Assembly (NCBI GenBank): GCA_963749825.1
Contig: CAVVOI010000009.1
Span: 569,362-633,361 of the forward strand
Direction: 5' to 3'
Origin: an uncultured Chloroflexia bacterium
Lineage (GTDB): Bacteria > Chloroflexota > Anaerolineae > Promineifilales > Promineifilaceae
Length of the DNA stretch: 64,000 bases
Shown: positions 49,770-59,130 of the stretch, one piece after another
How positions within the stretch are numbered: position 1 is the stretch's first letter
How the letters are laid out: each line of letters starts with the position of its first letter
Program-made: the position numbers and the translations under genes
Notes under the pieces: model-generated
The model's database searches: none
The model's input: the letters and a program-made list of their open reading frames with translations, nothing else
Told to the model about the DNA's origin: nothing

Positions 49770-50354
49770 TTGTGAATTCTCCCGGTCTGGTCATGTTGCC
49801 TTAGCCTTTAAGCCCGCACACTTCCAAAGCATGCGCCAGAAAGCCGCCTGGTATCAAAAAGAATTGGGCAACATCGTCGAAATCATCGGGCCTGACGAAC
49901 TTTATCGCGAGACAGGGTAGCCGAGCCTAGCATGGTGGGGTCGTCGACGAAACTGGCGCCGGTTTGAATCGGGCTGAATTCCCGGATTTTCCCTGTGGGA
50001 AGCTACATAATCGTCACCGAACCTTTGCCAGAAGAGTTGCAGACGGAAATCAGCCCAAATAAGCGAATATTTTTTTATTCCAGGAATTTTCTCAACTATT
50101 TTCGGTTAATCCCTGATGGGCGGATGTTGTTTGGCGGCCGAAATGATTTAAGCTCAGATCTCGATGCTATCGATGGCGCAGATCGGTTGAGGCGTCGCAT
50201 GATCGAGGTGTTTCCGCAGCTAGAGGAGAGCTCGATTACTCATTCGTGGTCTGGCCATTTGGGATTGACATTTTATTTAATGCCTCATATTGGACAAGTG
50301 AATGGTATTCCTTTTGCCGTCCAACATTATCGCCTTTTCGATAGGTTGACATAA
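49770..50354 (+). pseudogene. Degraded FAD-dependent oxidoreductase (DAO family) gene: C-terminal part only, pieces in several frames
   Basis: ORF 49995-50354 (YIIVTEPL...DGRMLFGG...SWSGHLGLTFYLMPHIGQVNGIPFAVQH) matches the DAO C-terminal region. An upstream piece (AWYQKELGNIVEIIGPDELYRETG*) is in another frame. No N-terminal FAD-binding GxGxxG portion is present. Confidence 0.5.
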
Positions 50355-50475
50355 AGTATATTTCCGACAGATGCTTATCACTTTATTGAAATGTCCGGCA
50401 TATTGAGGGCGAAGTTACGAAGTTTTGCCGGCGTGATGTTAACGGTTTTACAACACACAGTAAGATTTCCTATGA

Positions 50476-50481
50476 TATAAT
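50476..50481 (+). promoter_or_regulatory. -10 hexamer TATAAT positioned 10 nt upstream of the tmRNA 5' end
   Basis: TATAAT at 50476-50481. The mature 5' GGGG of tmRNA begins at 50492. Confidence 0.45.
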
Positions 50482-50491
50482 GATTGTGTCT

Positions 50492-50900
50492 GGGGATGAC
50501 AGGCTTCGACGGGGAAGGCTGGTCCTAGACTGCAAGCCGAGCACGCTTTACAACTCGTAAAACTGGAAGCACACGCAGAAATGCCAATCGCACAACTGCT
50601 TATAATGCTCTTCCTCTCGCCGCTTAAGGCGAGTTGAATGGCAAAGGATCCTGTACGCAGGAATCCCGTCTGCCTCGACCGCTCGTTGGCCGGGCGAGCC
50701 GCAGGCGTCATAAAGGCCATCGTGCTCCTCCACGACACCGATAGCGGGGGCTAAGAGGCCCTTTTGGGGGTCATCGGCTAGTCGCTACAATGACCCAGTT
50801 AGCCGGGGCAGTAGCGGCGAACTAACAAATAGGTTGACTAAGCTTGTAGAGGTTTAGAGGTCGAATTTTTCGGACGCGGGTTCGATTCCCGCCATCTCCA
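50492..50900 (+). ncRNA. ssrA: tmRNA (ssrA), standard one-piece form; predicted tag peptide (A)NRTTAYNALPLAA
   Basis: 5' GGGGATGACAGGCTTCGACGGGG and 3' GGACGCGGGTTCGATTCCCGCCATCTCCA(CA) form the tRNA-Ala-like domain, including the G3:U wobble pair. An internal ORF gcc aat cgc aca act gct tat aat gct ctt cct ctc gcc gct TAA ends in the typical LAA. Confidence 0.85.
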
Positions 50901-50907
50901 CAATATA

Positions 50908-50935
50908 GGGCACTCCAATTGGAGTGCCTTTTTAT
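50908..50935 (+). terminator. Rho-independent terminator after ssrA (gggcactcc-aatt-ggagtgcc followed by ttttt)
   Basis: A perfect 9-bp stem plus a T-run. Confidence 0.75.
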
Positions 50936-51040
50936 TGCATAACATAGTTATACCAATCCCCGAATATTTGGCCTCGCCTGTTTGTGATGAATTGTGCCTG
51001 GATCTTCTTACTGAGCTGAGAACCATTTGAGTACCAAATG

Positions 51041-51064
51041 TGTTATAATTCAGAACGTTAGTTC
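51041..51064 (+). promoter_or_regulatory. Extended -10 promoter (TGtTATAAT, 51041-51049) overlapped by a LexA/SOS box AGAACgttaGTTCT (51052-51065)
   Basis: The palindrome AGAAC-N4-GTTCT matches the Gram-positive/Chloroflexi-type LexA operator (GAAC-N4-GTTC). It lies 56 bp upstream of uvrB. Confidence 0.6.
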
Positions 51065-51120
51065 TGCATTACTTATAACCGGCATCATGTGTAAAAGGGA
51101 TGTAATTAGTCGAGGGAGAT

Positions 51121-53189
51121 ATGCCAGCATTTGACCTTCATTCTGATTTTCAACCAACGGGTGACCAACCACAAGCTATAGAGAAGTTGTCGCATGGTTT
51201 GAAATCTAGTCAACAGTTACCAGACGTTGTTGGGCGCTACTGGGACCGGTAAGACGTTCACAGTTGCGCAGGTTATCCAGGAAGTTCAGCGGCCGACATT
51301 GATCATCGCTCATAATAAGACCCTGGCTGCACAGCTTTATGGTGAATTCCGCGATTTTTTTCCTAACAATGCCGTTTCCTTTTTCGTCAGCTACTATGAC
51401 TATTATCAGCCAGAAGCGTACGTACCTCGGCACGACTTATTTATTGAAAAAGAAACTGAAATCAATGAGGAGATTGACCGGCTTCGTCTTGAGGCCACGA
51501 CCAATATCCTTAGCCGCCGGGATGTCATCATCATTGCATCTGTATCTTGTATTTATGGCATTGGCAACCCTGAAGCCTATGGAAAGGTGACGGTTAAGCT
51601 GGAGCGGGGAAAGGCATACCGGCGTGATACGCTGTTACGTCACTTAGTTGATATTCAGTACGAGAGAAACGATTTGGAGCTTCGCCGGGGCGCATTTCGC
51701 GTTCGTGGTGATACTTTAGAAATCGTACCGGCTTACGCTGAAACAGCCTACCGGATGGAGTTCTGGGGTGATGAAATTGAGCGCATCACTGAAATCGATC
51801 CACTGACAGGCGAAGTCTTGACCGATCATTTGAAGATTGAAATCTTTCCCGCCAAACAATTCATCACCGATGAAGATAAACTTGCTGCTGCAATCAATGA
51901 CATTGAAATTGAACTAGGTGAACGCATAACCCATTTCAAGCAGAATAAAATGTACTTGGAGGCTCAACGCATCGAGCAACGTACCCTTTATGATCTGGAA
52001 ATGTTACGAGAAATCGGTTATTGCTCTGGCATTGAAAATTACAGTAGGCATCTGGATCAACGCCAGGAGGGCGAGCCACCCTGGACCTTGATCGATTACT
52101 TTCCACGCGACTTCTTATTCATAATCGATGAAAGTCACATGACCATTCCACAGGTTCGCGGCATGTGGGGTGGAGACCGGAGTCGGAAGCAGACTCTGGT
52201 CGAATTTGGATTCCGACTACCTAGCGCATTGGATAACCGCCCACTTAGTTTTGAAGAGTTTGAGGAAAGGGTTAATCAGGCCATTTTTACCAGTGCGACA
52301 CCAGGTCCATATGAGTTTGAGCATTCGGCCGCGGTAGTAGAACAAGTCATCCGGCCAACTGGCATCATCGACCCGGTCATAGAAGTCAGGCCGGTGACGG
52401 GCCAAGTGGATGATCTTTTAGGTGAGATACGGCAGCGTACTGAGCAAGGCCAAAGAACGTTGGTCACGACACTGACCAAAAGAATGGCCGAGGATCTAAG
52501 TGACTACCTTTTGGAAATGGGTGTCAAAGTCCATTACCTTCATTCGGAAATCGACACTCTGGAAAGGACGGAGATATTGCGCGATCTGCGGATGGGCGTA
52601 TTTGATGTGGTGGTCGGAATCAACTTGTTGCGTGAAGGCTTGGATCTTGCCCGAAGTATCCCTGATTGCCATTCTGGATGCTGATAAGGAAGGATTTCTT
52701 CGTTCAGGTACGGCTCTTATCCAGACGACCGGCCGGGCTGCCCGGCACGTAGACGGCAAAGTCATCATGTATGCCGATCATGTGACTGATTCCATGGCCC
52801 GGGCGATTGACGAGACCGAGAGGCGGCGAGAAAAACAAAGCCAATACAACATCGATCACGGCATCGAACCGAAAACAATCATCAAAGAGGTTCGCGATTT
52901 GACAGGCGAGATTGCCAAACAGCAGGCAACGACTTTAGCCGAAGAAAAGGCGGGTTATCTGCCGACGGCTGAGCTACCAAAAGATGAATTAAACCGGATC
53001 ATCAGGGAGTTGGAGAAGCAGATGAAAGCCGCTGCCCAAGCTTTGGAATTTGAGAAAGCGGCCGTTCTGCGAGATCAAATCCTGGAATTACGCCAAATTA
53101 TGGTCTTAAAACAGGCCGGACAGAAGGGCGATTTGCCTGACTGGGAAAGACAACGGATGCTCGCCGAAGCCGGTCTAGAACTCGGTTAG
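51121..53189 (+). pseudogene. uvrB: Excinuclease ABC subunit B, interrupted by two single-base (+1) insertions (near 51217 and near 52649). This is either a pseudogene or sequencing indel errors.
   Basis: Three consecutive ORF pieces in frames 1, 2 and 0 align with UvrB. They are MPAFDLHSDFQPTGDQPQAIEKL..SSQQ, then [15 protein letters not shown]...[11 protein letters not shown], then [19 protein letters not shown]...ELRQ. Removing one T in caacagTTacc and one base in cttGccc restores a continuous UvrB. Confidence 0.85.
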
Positions 53190-53199
53190 GTCTTCGATC

Positions 53200-54216
53200 T
53201 TAGTAGACTTTGGCCCAATCGTCGCCGGCATTGCCATACATAGCCCCCAGCCTTACCGGGATTTCATCATAATCATCTACCCAGAGCACCTGGGTCCCAA
53301 GCGGATCGAGAGATTCTTCCAAAGATCTATCATAGAACCCATCGCCGCTGCGCCGCATGATGACGAAGTGTCTTCTTATCTCCTTTCGCAGCTCATCTTT
53401 AGAGAGCTCATTTTGGTCCAGGTTCTCTAGCCGCTCTTTTTTTGAATAATGAAGCATGCGGCGAATGTTCTCATCAAGCATTGATAGCCCAACAAACAGG
53501 ACGTTGAATTCTCGCATGAGGTAGAGAAATGTATAATTGTAGAGTAAGTTGGGGTTGTTGATAAAGTCAAAATAATCCTGTTCAGTGAGAACCACCGAAT
53601 CAGCCGCCTCAGTTCGCTTGTCGCCGATTTTTTCCCCGATAACTAGATACCCATGCATATGATAAACATTGATCTGGTCACGTTCTGGGTGTGTTTCGGC
53701 CGTCGCTCTCTCGACCGTGCGGGTGATATATTTATCGTAGCGATTCTTTATGTAAACCTGCAGTAGAGCATCTAGATTTAAAGAGACAATAGCGTGAATT
53801 CGTGGATTCCGGCGACATGAGGTTTTGCCAGGATTTCTAATAGCGCATAATGAGCCAACTGTTCGTAGTGTTTGATTATTCTTGCGAATATAGCCTGCGA
53901 TGCGTTTGCGATTGCTCTTCGTAATCGGGACCTTGTAATATGGATAATCTTGGTAAAGGGCATCGCGAACTTCTTTTATAAAGATATCTCTTTTTCCACA
54001 ATGCTCTTCGATGATGCTGGCGATGATTTCTGGGCTCAGACCCTGACTACGAAGTTCATTGTACCTGTCTTCATTACCATTTGGAACGCACTTGGCCACT
54101 AGTCTCGCTAACAACTCTTCCCAACTAGGGATATCGGAACACTTGGAGACGCCGGCTCCCAAGGCTAACACCAACCCCTTTCTTTGATATGTCGTATTTA
54201 ACAGGTCCCAGCTCAT
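53200..54216 (-). CDS. SIR2-like (SIR2_2/DHS-like NAD-binding) protein, standalone (338 aa)
   Basis: Motifs as I recall them for PF13289: LVLALGAGVS..IPSWEEL (GAGxS), IVSLNLDALLQ, NVYHMHGYL (catalytic His), VLFVGLSMLDENIRRML. The RBS GGGAGG before the ATG at 54216 favours this start over 54261. Confidence 0.65.
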   Translation of the reverse strand: MSWDLLNTTYQRKGLVLALGAGVSKCSDIPSWEELLARLVAKCVPNGNEDRYNELRSQGLSPEIIASIIEEHCGKRDIFIKEVRDALYQDYPYYKVPITKSNRKRIAGYIRKNNQTLRTVGSLCAIRNPGKTSCRRNPRIHAIVSLNLDALLQVYIKNRYDKYITRTVERATAETHPERDQINVYHMHGYLVIGEKIGDKRTEAADSVVLTEQDYFDFINNPNLLYNYTFLYLMREFNVLFVGLSMLDENIRRMLHYSKKERLENLDQNELSKDELRKEIRRHFVIMRRSGDGFYDRSLEESLDPLGTQVLWVDDYDEIPVRLGAMYGNAGDDWAKVY

Positions 54217-54305
54217 AACGATCGCCTCCCGACCATCAAGAGCAGCCGCCTCGAACCGCACTGAAAATTATCATATCATATGCAAATAGTGGTTGTCACC
54301 TACTT

Positions 54306-54767
54306 TTAACGTTCGCCGCGCATGACTGTTTTGATTTGGTGATCGACAGCTTTTAGGATGTGGACCGTGCCATCAAGTTCGATCTGCAACTCGTCTCCAG
54401 TTTCGATGTAATCTGCATTCTCCGGCTCAATGGCCAAGATTGGAATTGGACGCTCATACATTTCGTCGGCAACGATGGAAGCCAGAGCAAAAAAAGTATC
54501 AACGTTTGTGGTCAGGATCGCCAGCGGCGCCGTGCGCTCCCGTATTGCCTCAAGAAGGACGGCTGTTGTTGTCGAGGAACCTCTTGAGAAAGGAACAACC
54601 AGGATCTTCCCGGCTGCATTTTGGCCGGACAAAGGGTGCCTCCGGTCTGTAATCTCGCCACTTTGGTGATCGTAACCTCCCCAAAATGATAGGGGTTCAT
54701 CAGTGACTATTGCCTCACCGCGCCCTGCGCCGGCAACGACGACTTTTCCTTTTATCACTCTTCCCAT
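54306..54767 (-). CDS. Aconitase X swivel-domain small subunit (DUF126)
   Basis: ~150 aa, overlaps the large subunit by 13 nt. The GKVVVAGAGRGEAIV...ILVVPFSRGSSTTTAVLLE pattern is typical of the AcnX small subunit. Confidence 0.7.
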   Translation of the reverse strand: MGRVIKGKVVVAGAGRGEAIVTDEPLSFWGGYDHQSGEITDRRHPLSGQNAAGKILVVPFSRGSSTTTAVLLEAIRERTAPLAILTTNVDTFFALASIVADEMYERPIPILAIEPENADYIETGDELQIELDGTVHILKAVDHQIKTVMRGER

Positions 54768-56032
54768 AATGAATTGTCCCGCACGATGTAACCGACTTCG
54801 GCCGATCGGATATTATCTTCCAGACTGCCAAAAGTTATTTGAGTACTTAATAAGCCAGGAGCATAGTAAGCATACTTAGCGGAATTCGTCATCAGCCTTT
54901 TGATCTCGGGCGGCAACATTGGCGTGGCCAAGATACAAGTATCAACCGTCACCCTACCACCGAATTCTTTGAGGGAGGATAAGTAACCTGCTTTCTCGGC
55001 CAGAAGGACCATGGCCCGGCTGGAGGTGACGAGAAATTGGACATTTGGATGAACGGATTTGCCCTGGAGAAGGGAGGATAAGGTCTTGAACTCTGCTAAC
55101 GAAAAATGGGGGCTGCCAAGCACTACCATATCTAATTGTTCGCCGTCGGCAGTCGTTAGATCATCTCTGGCGATTCGCAAATCTTTCAGGCTGATGTCGA
55201 TTATTTCTGTTGGTTGTCTACCATGGAAAGCTGCTTCCAATGTTGGCGCTTCGGGCGTGATGCCAGCGATGTGAAACAAGGCAACGGTTCCCGATGAAGC
55301 GGCTGCCGCCCCGAGAGCCTTAAATTGATCTTCTGTAGGCTTAACCATTAACCCGGTAACAACGGGGATGCGATCTCGGGCGATTTTTCCCATCAAGTGA
55401 CCTAGAACAGGGTAAAAAGAATCATCCTCTTGAACGGCAACCGGAATATCCAGAAGGTTTAACCGGAGGTCTCCAGCGCGATTTTCAGTCAAATGCAAAC
55501 CAATCGCCGGCACTCGTCCCGTTATCGCGCAACAGATATCGAGTAGATCAGGATATCGCTCGGTTCTGGCGCCGATCACTGAATTGGCAAAGACGATGGC
55601 ATTTGATTCTCCCCAGGCGATCTGCTGTCCGAAGTGCGGCCGCATTTCGGTCTGGTATGGAGCACAAGTCCAAGTTGGTATGCAGCCCATGTTCCGGTAG
55701 GCGATCATTTGACGTTGGGCATTACGAGCCCACTCATCGGGTACCGCCCATTCTTGCCAATGCATTTCGTCCAAACCGCTTACGTTTACCGTTGATGGAA
55801 CAGCTACTCGAGCGCCCATTTCCGCCAGGCGTTCGGCAAATTCAAGACCTGCTTTTCCGATGTAGATCGTGCTATCTATATGAGCGGCCGTGATGTCCAA
55901 TAATTGGCTGGCGCCAAAGACTTCAGCCATGCGGACTTGGATGCGCATGGCCATTTCAACGGCAGGTCCCATTTTTCCTGCCAACATAGCCTGATCATTT
56001 GAAGTGAGAATTAAACCCATACTTTGCACCAA
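54755..56032 (-). CDS. Aconitase X catalytic large subunit (DUF521). A bacterial type-II AcnX, e.g. a cis-3-hydroxy-L-proline dehydratase-like enzyme.
   Basis: 425 aa, DUF521-like, translationally coupled to the DUF126 gene. Confidence 0.65.
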   Translation of the reverse strand: MVQSMGLILTSNDQAMLAGKMGPAVEMAMRIQVRMAEVFGASQLLDITAAHIDSTIYIGKAGLEFAERLAEMGARVAVPSTVNVSGLDEMHWQEWAVPDEWARNAQRQMIAYRNMGCIPTWTCAPYQTEMRPHFGQQIAWGESNAIVFANSVIGARTERYPDLLDICCAITGRVPAIGLHLTENRAGDLRLNLLDIPVAVQEDDSFYPVLGHLMGKIARDRIPVVTGLMVKPTEDQFKALGAAAASSGTVALFHIAGITPEAPTLEAAFHGRQPTEIIDISLKDLRIARDDLTTADGEQLDMVVLGSPHFSLAEFKTLSSLLQGKSVHPNVQFLVTSSRAMVLLAEKAGYLSSLKEFGGRVTVDTCILATPMLPPEIKRLMTNSAKYAYYAPGLLSTQITFGSLEDNIRSAEVGYIVRDNSLWEE

Positions 56033-56169
56033 CAGTTGGCTTACAAATTATCCCCTGCTTACGGAAAGGTCAAAACGGCGGCTATGATTTTGTTGGTTCA
56101 GGCAATGGTCTGGGAAATCTAGTTCTCAGATCGATCACGGTTTTCGAGCTGCCGCTATCACCACCGATA

Positions 56170-56907
56170 TTAGGCGGAAGTAATTGGCTCCACTTCCTTC
56201 GATTTGCTTTCCCGTCTTGGCGCTGAGGCAATGAGAAAGCCACTGAACATCAAAATCGCTGCCAACAACTCGCCAAGATAAAGGTACGAGCCATATCCAA
56301 AGCGGGTAAGGGTGCTGGCGCTGGCAATGATCAAAGCACCAACCGCTATCAAAACATTGCCGATGACACGATTTGGATAAATCCTTTTACGCCAGAATAC
56401 ATATGTCGACCAGAGGGCACCGCCGACGAGCGTGATGAGACCGTAAATATTGAAAAATGGCGTCGTGAGCCGTACAAAACCACCATCGCCAATGGCTGGC
56501 ATGATTTCTTGATATTGCTCACTTATTGAAATCTGGGGATCAAAAAGATCTTCTTGCAAGCGGGGCATAACTAAGAGGAGAGAAATAACCGCCGCGAGAC
56601 TAGCGATAATTAGAATAACAGTAACGATTTTCGCCTTGTTTGGACTGACCAATAGATTGAGCGTGCCATGCCCCAACCAGGCGGCCGTTAGAACTGCGCC
56701 AAATAAGTACCAGAAAAAGAATGCCCATCGATTCCAGCCTAGAGACAGCAAAGATTCAGCAAGGGTTCCGATGCCAAACATGACCAAGCCCAGTCCCCAA
56801 AAAAGTAAATAGAGATGCCGGCTCTTATGATATTTTTGCAGCACTATTCCTGCAAAAGTAAACATGATGATTGTCACTATAAATGGCAGAATCAAGTTCA
56901 GGTTCAT
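56170..56907 (-). CDS. Polytopic membrane protein, hypothetical (245 aa, ~7 TM)
   Basis: A clean ORF, all hydrophobic helices. Divergent from the dynamin-like gene. Confidence 0.5.
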   Translation of the reverse strand: MNLNLILPFIVTIIMFTFAGIVLQKYHKSRHLYLLFWGLGLVMFGIGTLAESLLSLGWNRWAFFFWYLFGAVLTAAWLGHGTLNLLVSPNKAKIVTVILIIASLAAVISLLLVMPRLQEDLFDPQISISEQYQEIMPAIGDGGFVRLTTPFFNIYGLITLVGGALWSTYVFWRKRIYPNRVIGNVLIAVGALIIASASTLTRFGYGSYLYLGELLAAILMFSGFLIASAPRRESKSKEVEPITSA

Positions 56908-57122
56908 CTTTATTTCTCAGTTGCTTATAAATGGCTATTGTAATATGTGATAGTTTCTTTATTGATTGACGAGCCGCTGTATACATATATCATGATTTGT
57001 ATAGATTTACTAGGATACTTGTGATATTTGATATACTAGGTTTGAAGGTGATGATTACGTGAGATTTCCGGCGGGTAAATGGCCTCTGGTGCAGGGAATA
57101 GGGCCATGTTATACTGTCCCTC

Positions 57123-58874
57123 ATGGAAGCAATTTTGAGTTCCGAGCAAGAAGAACTACTTAAACGTTCGAGGGACACGTTGGGCCGGCTCCGAGATGCA
57201 TTGGCTGATGCAGATGCATCTGTTGAAGATAGAGGGGCGCTAGCTGATTCTATCCGCCAATTGGACGAACTGTTCTTGCTTGTGGTTGCCGGCGAGTTCA
57301 ATTCCGGTAAGTCCGCATTCATCAATGCTTTACTGGGGCAGGCCTTGTTGGCCGAGGGGGTTACGCCGACGACGACACAGATCTATCTGCTTAAGTATGG
57401 TGAGCAGGGAGCGCAATCACCTAGTGAAAAAGGGATTTGGATCCAAAGTGCGCCAGTAGAATTGTTGCGTAACGTCAATATCGTCGATACACCGGGTACC
57501 AACGCCATTATCCGGGAACATGAATCGTTGACGACTGAATTCATACCGCGTAGCGATCTCGTGTTATTTTTGACCTCGGCCGACCGGCCATTTACGGAAA
57601 GTGAACGGGCGTTTTTGACCCAGATTAGAGATTGGGGCAAAAAGATCGTTTTAGTGGTTAACAAGATTGATATTTTGCCTGACCAAGAGGCGGTAGATCA
57701 AGTCGTCGAATTCGCCGGTTCCTCGGCCCATAGGTTAGTTGGTGAAATTCAGGCGGTATATCCAGTCTCGGCTAAGTTGGCCCAACAGGCGAAATCGGGC
57801 GAGCCTCAACTATGGACTAAGAGTGGATTTGAACCGGTTGAGAACTTCATCCACGATACTCTGGATGATGATGGACGTTTTCGTTTGAAAGTTTTGAATC
57901 CATTGGGCGTTGGCCTCAAGTTGGTTCGAAAGCAATTGGCCGTGGTAGACGATGATCTAGAGGCGCTACGAATAGACGCCACGCTGCTATCCGATATCGA
58001 ACTGCAAACAGTCCTTTACAACACCGATATGCAACGCAATTTTCAAGCGCGTCTAGGCGAAATCGACAGTCTACTGCACGGGATGGAGAAACGCGGCCGG
58101 GCATTTTTTGAGGAGAACATCCGATTCGGCCGGATTCCTGATATGGTTCGTCCCAGCAAGATAGAAGCTGCCTTCGAGGATCAAGTTGTCTCTGACACTC
58201 CCCAACAAATTGAGGCTCGAATCGATGAACTGGTGGATTGGATGGTAGAACAGGATCTTCGCCAATGGACGGCCGTAACGGAGCATCTTAACCGGCGCAA
58301 GGAAGAGCATGAACAAAGAATCGTCGGCCAGTCAGGACCCAAGGAAGGTACTCTGGCCTATGACAGGCAACGGTTGATTGATACGATTGGCCTTGCTTCG
58401 CAGCAGGCTGTGTCAAGTTTTGATAAGGATAAAGAGGCGGCCGAAATGGCCGAATCAGCCCGTTCCACTGTTGCAGGTATGGCCATTTTAGAAATTGGGG
58501 GGCTGAGCATTGGCGCCGCAATTGCCTTATTAGCTACAGCAACGTGGCTGGATGTGACGGGCATCGCTTTTGGGCTGACATTTATGACCCTTGGTATACT
58601 CGTCTTGCCGGCCAGACGCCGGCGGGCCAACAAAGAGTTAGAAACCAAGCTAAACGAATTGAGAAAAAAACTAATGAGCAATCTTACCGATCAATTCAAT
58701 CGGGAGATGCGGCGATCGACCCAAAGGGTGGAAGATACGGTTGCACCCTATGCTCGTTTTGTCCGGGCCGAAAATGAAAGATTAGTGGCCCAAAAAGAGA
58801 CGTTGGTAGAACTCGAAGCGAATATCACGGGATTACGACACCAACTTCAAATTGAGGCCAAGGCAATAAACTAA
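57123..58874 (+). CDS. Bacterial dynamin-like GTPase with a C-terminal membrane-inserting hairpin (583 aa)
   Basis: G1 GEFNSGKSAFINALLG, G3 DTPGTN, G4 VVNKIDIL, long helical stalk, then the hydrophobic hairpin LEIGGLSIGAAIALLATATWLDVTGIAFGLTFMTLGILVL. Confidence 0.8.
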   Translation: MEAILSSEQEELLKRSRDTLGRLRDALADADASVEDRGALADSIRQLDELFLLVVAGEFNSGKSAFINALLGQALLAEGVTPTTTQIYLLKYGEQGAQSPSEKGIWIQSAPVELLRNVNIVDTPGTNAIIREHESLTTEFIPRSDLVLFLTSADRPFTESERAFLTQIRDWGKKIVLVVNKIDILPDQEAVDQVVEFAGSSAHRLVGEIQAVYPVSAKLAQQAKSGEPQLWTKSGFEPVENFIHDTLDDDGRFRLKVLNPLGVGLKLVRKQLAVVDDDLEALRIDATLLSDIELQTVLYNTDMQRNFQARLGEIDSLLHGMEKRGRAFFEENIRFGRIPDMVRPSKIEAAFEDQVVSDTPQQIEARIDELVDWMVEQDLRQWTAVTEHLNRRKEEHEQRIVGQSGPKEGTLAYDRQRLIDTIGLASQQAVSSFDKDKEAAEMAESARSTVAGMAILEIGGLSIGAAIALLATATWLDVTGIAFGLTFMTLGILVLPARRRRANKELETKLNELRKKLMSNLTDQFNREMRRSTQRVEDTVAPYARFVRAENERLVAQKETLVELEANITGLRHQLQIEAKAIN

Positions 58875-58954
58875 GGATTAAGTTCGGCACAAGTCGTGAC
58901 AGCCGCCGGAGCAGTTATCTCGACCAAAGGCAAAATCTCAATTTGTTCGTTCTG

Positions 58955-59089
58955 TTAAAATCCAAGCCCCCTAAACAACGGATCTCCCCAGTAGAACCAG
59001 CCAGTTGAAGCAAATATCGAGCAGCAACAACAAAGCAATAAGGCGACAACGACGGCGATAATGATATTGCGGTTCCCATTTTCATTCAT
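58955..59089 (-). CDS. Small (44 aa) membrane peptide, hypothetical
   Basis: AAGGAGG RBS before the ATG. MNENGNRNIIIAVVVALLLCCCCSIFASTGWFYWGDPLFRGLGF. Confidence 0.35.
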   Translation of the reverse strand: MNENGNRNIIIAVVVALLLCCCCSIFASTGWFYWGDPLFRGLGF

Positions 59090-59130
59090 GAGCAAAGCCC
59101 TCCTTGGCATTCATTTTTACCGGCCCACGA

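Noticed and set aside
50448-51026. ORFs 50448-50738 and 50548-50733 (minus) and 50838-51026 (minus)
   Set aside because: They overlap the tmRNA gene and its terminator and are explained by the RNA gene.
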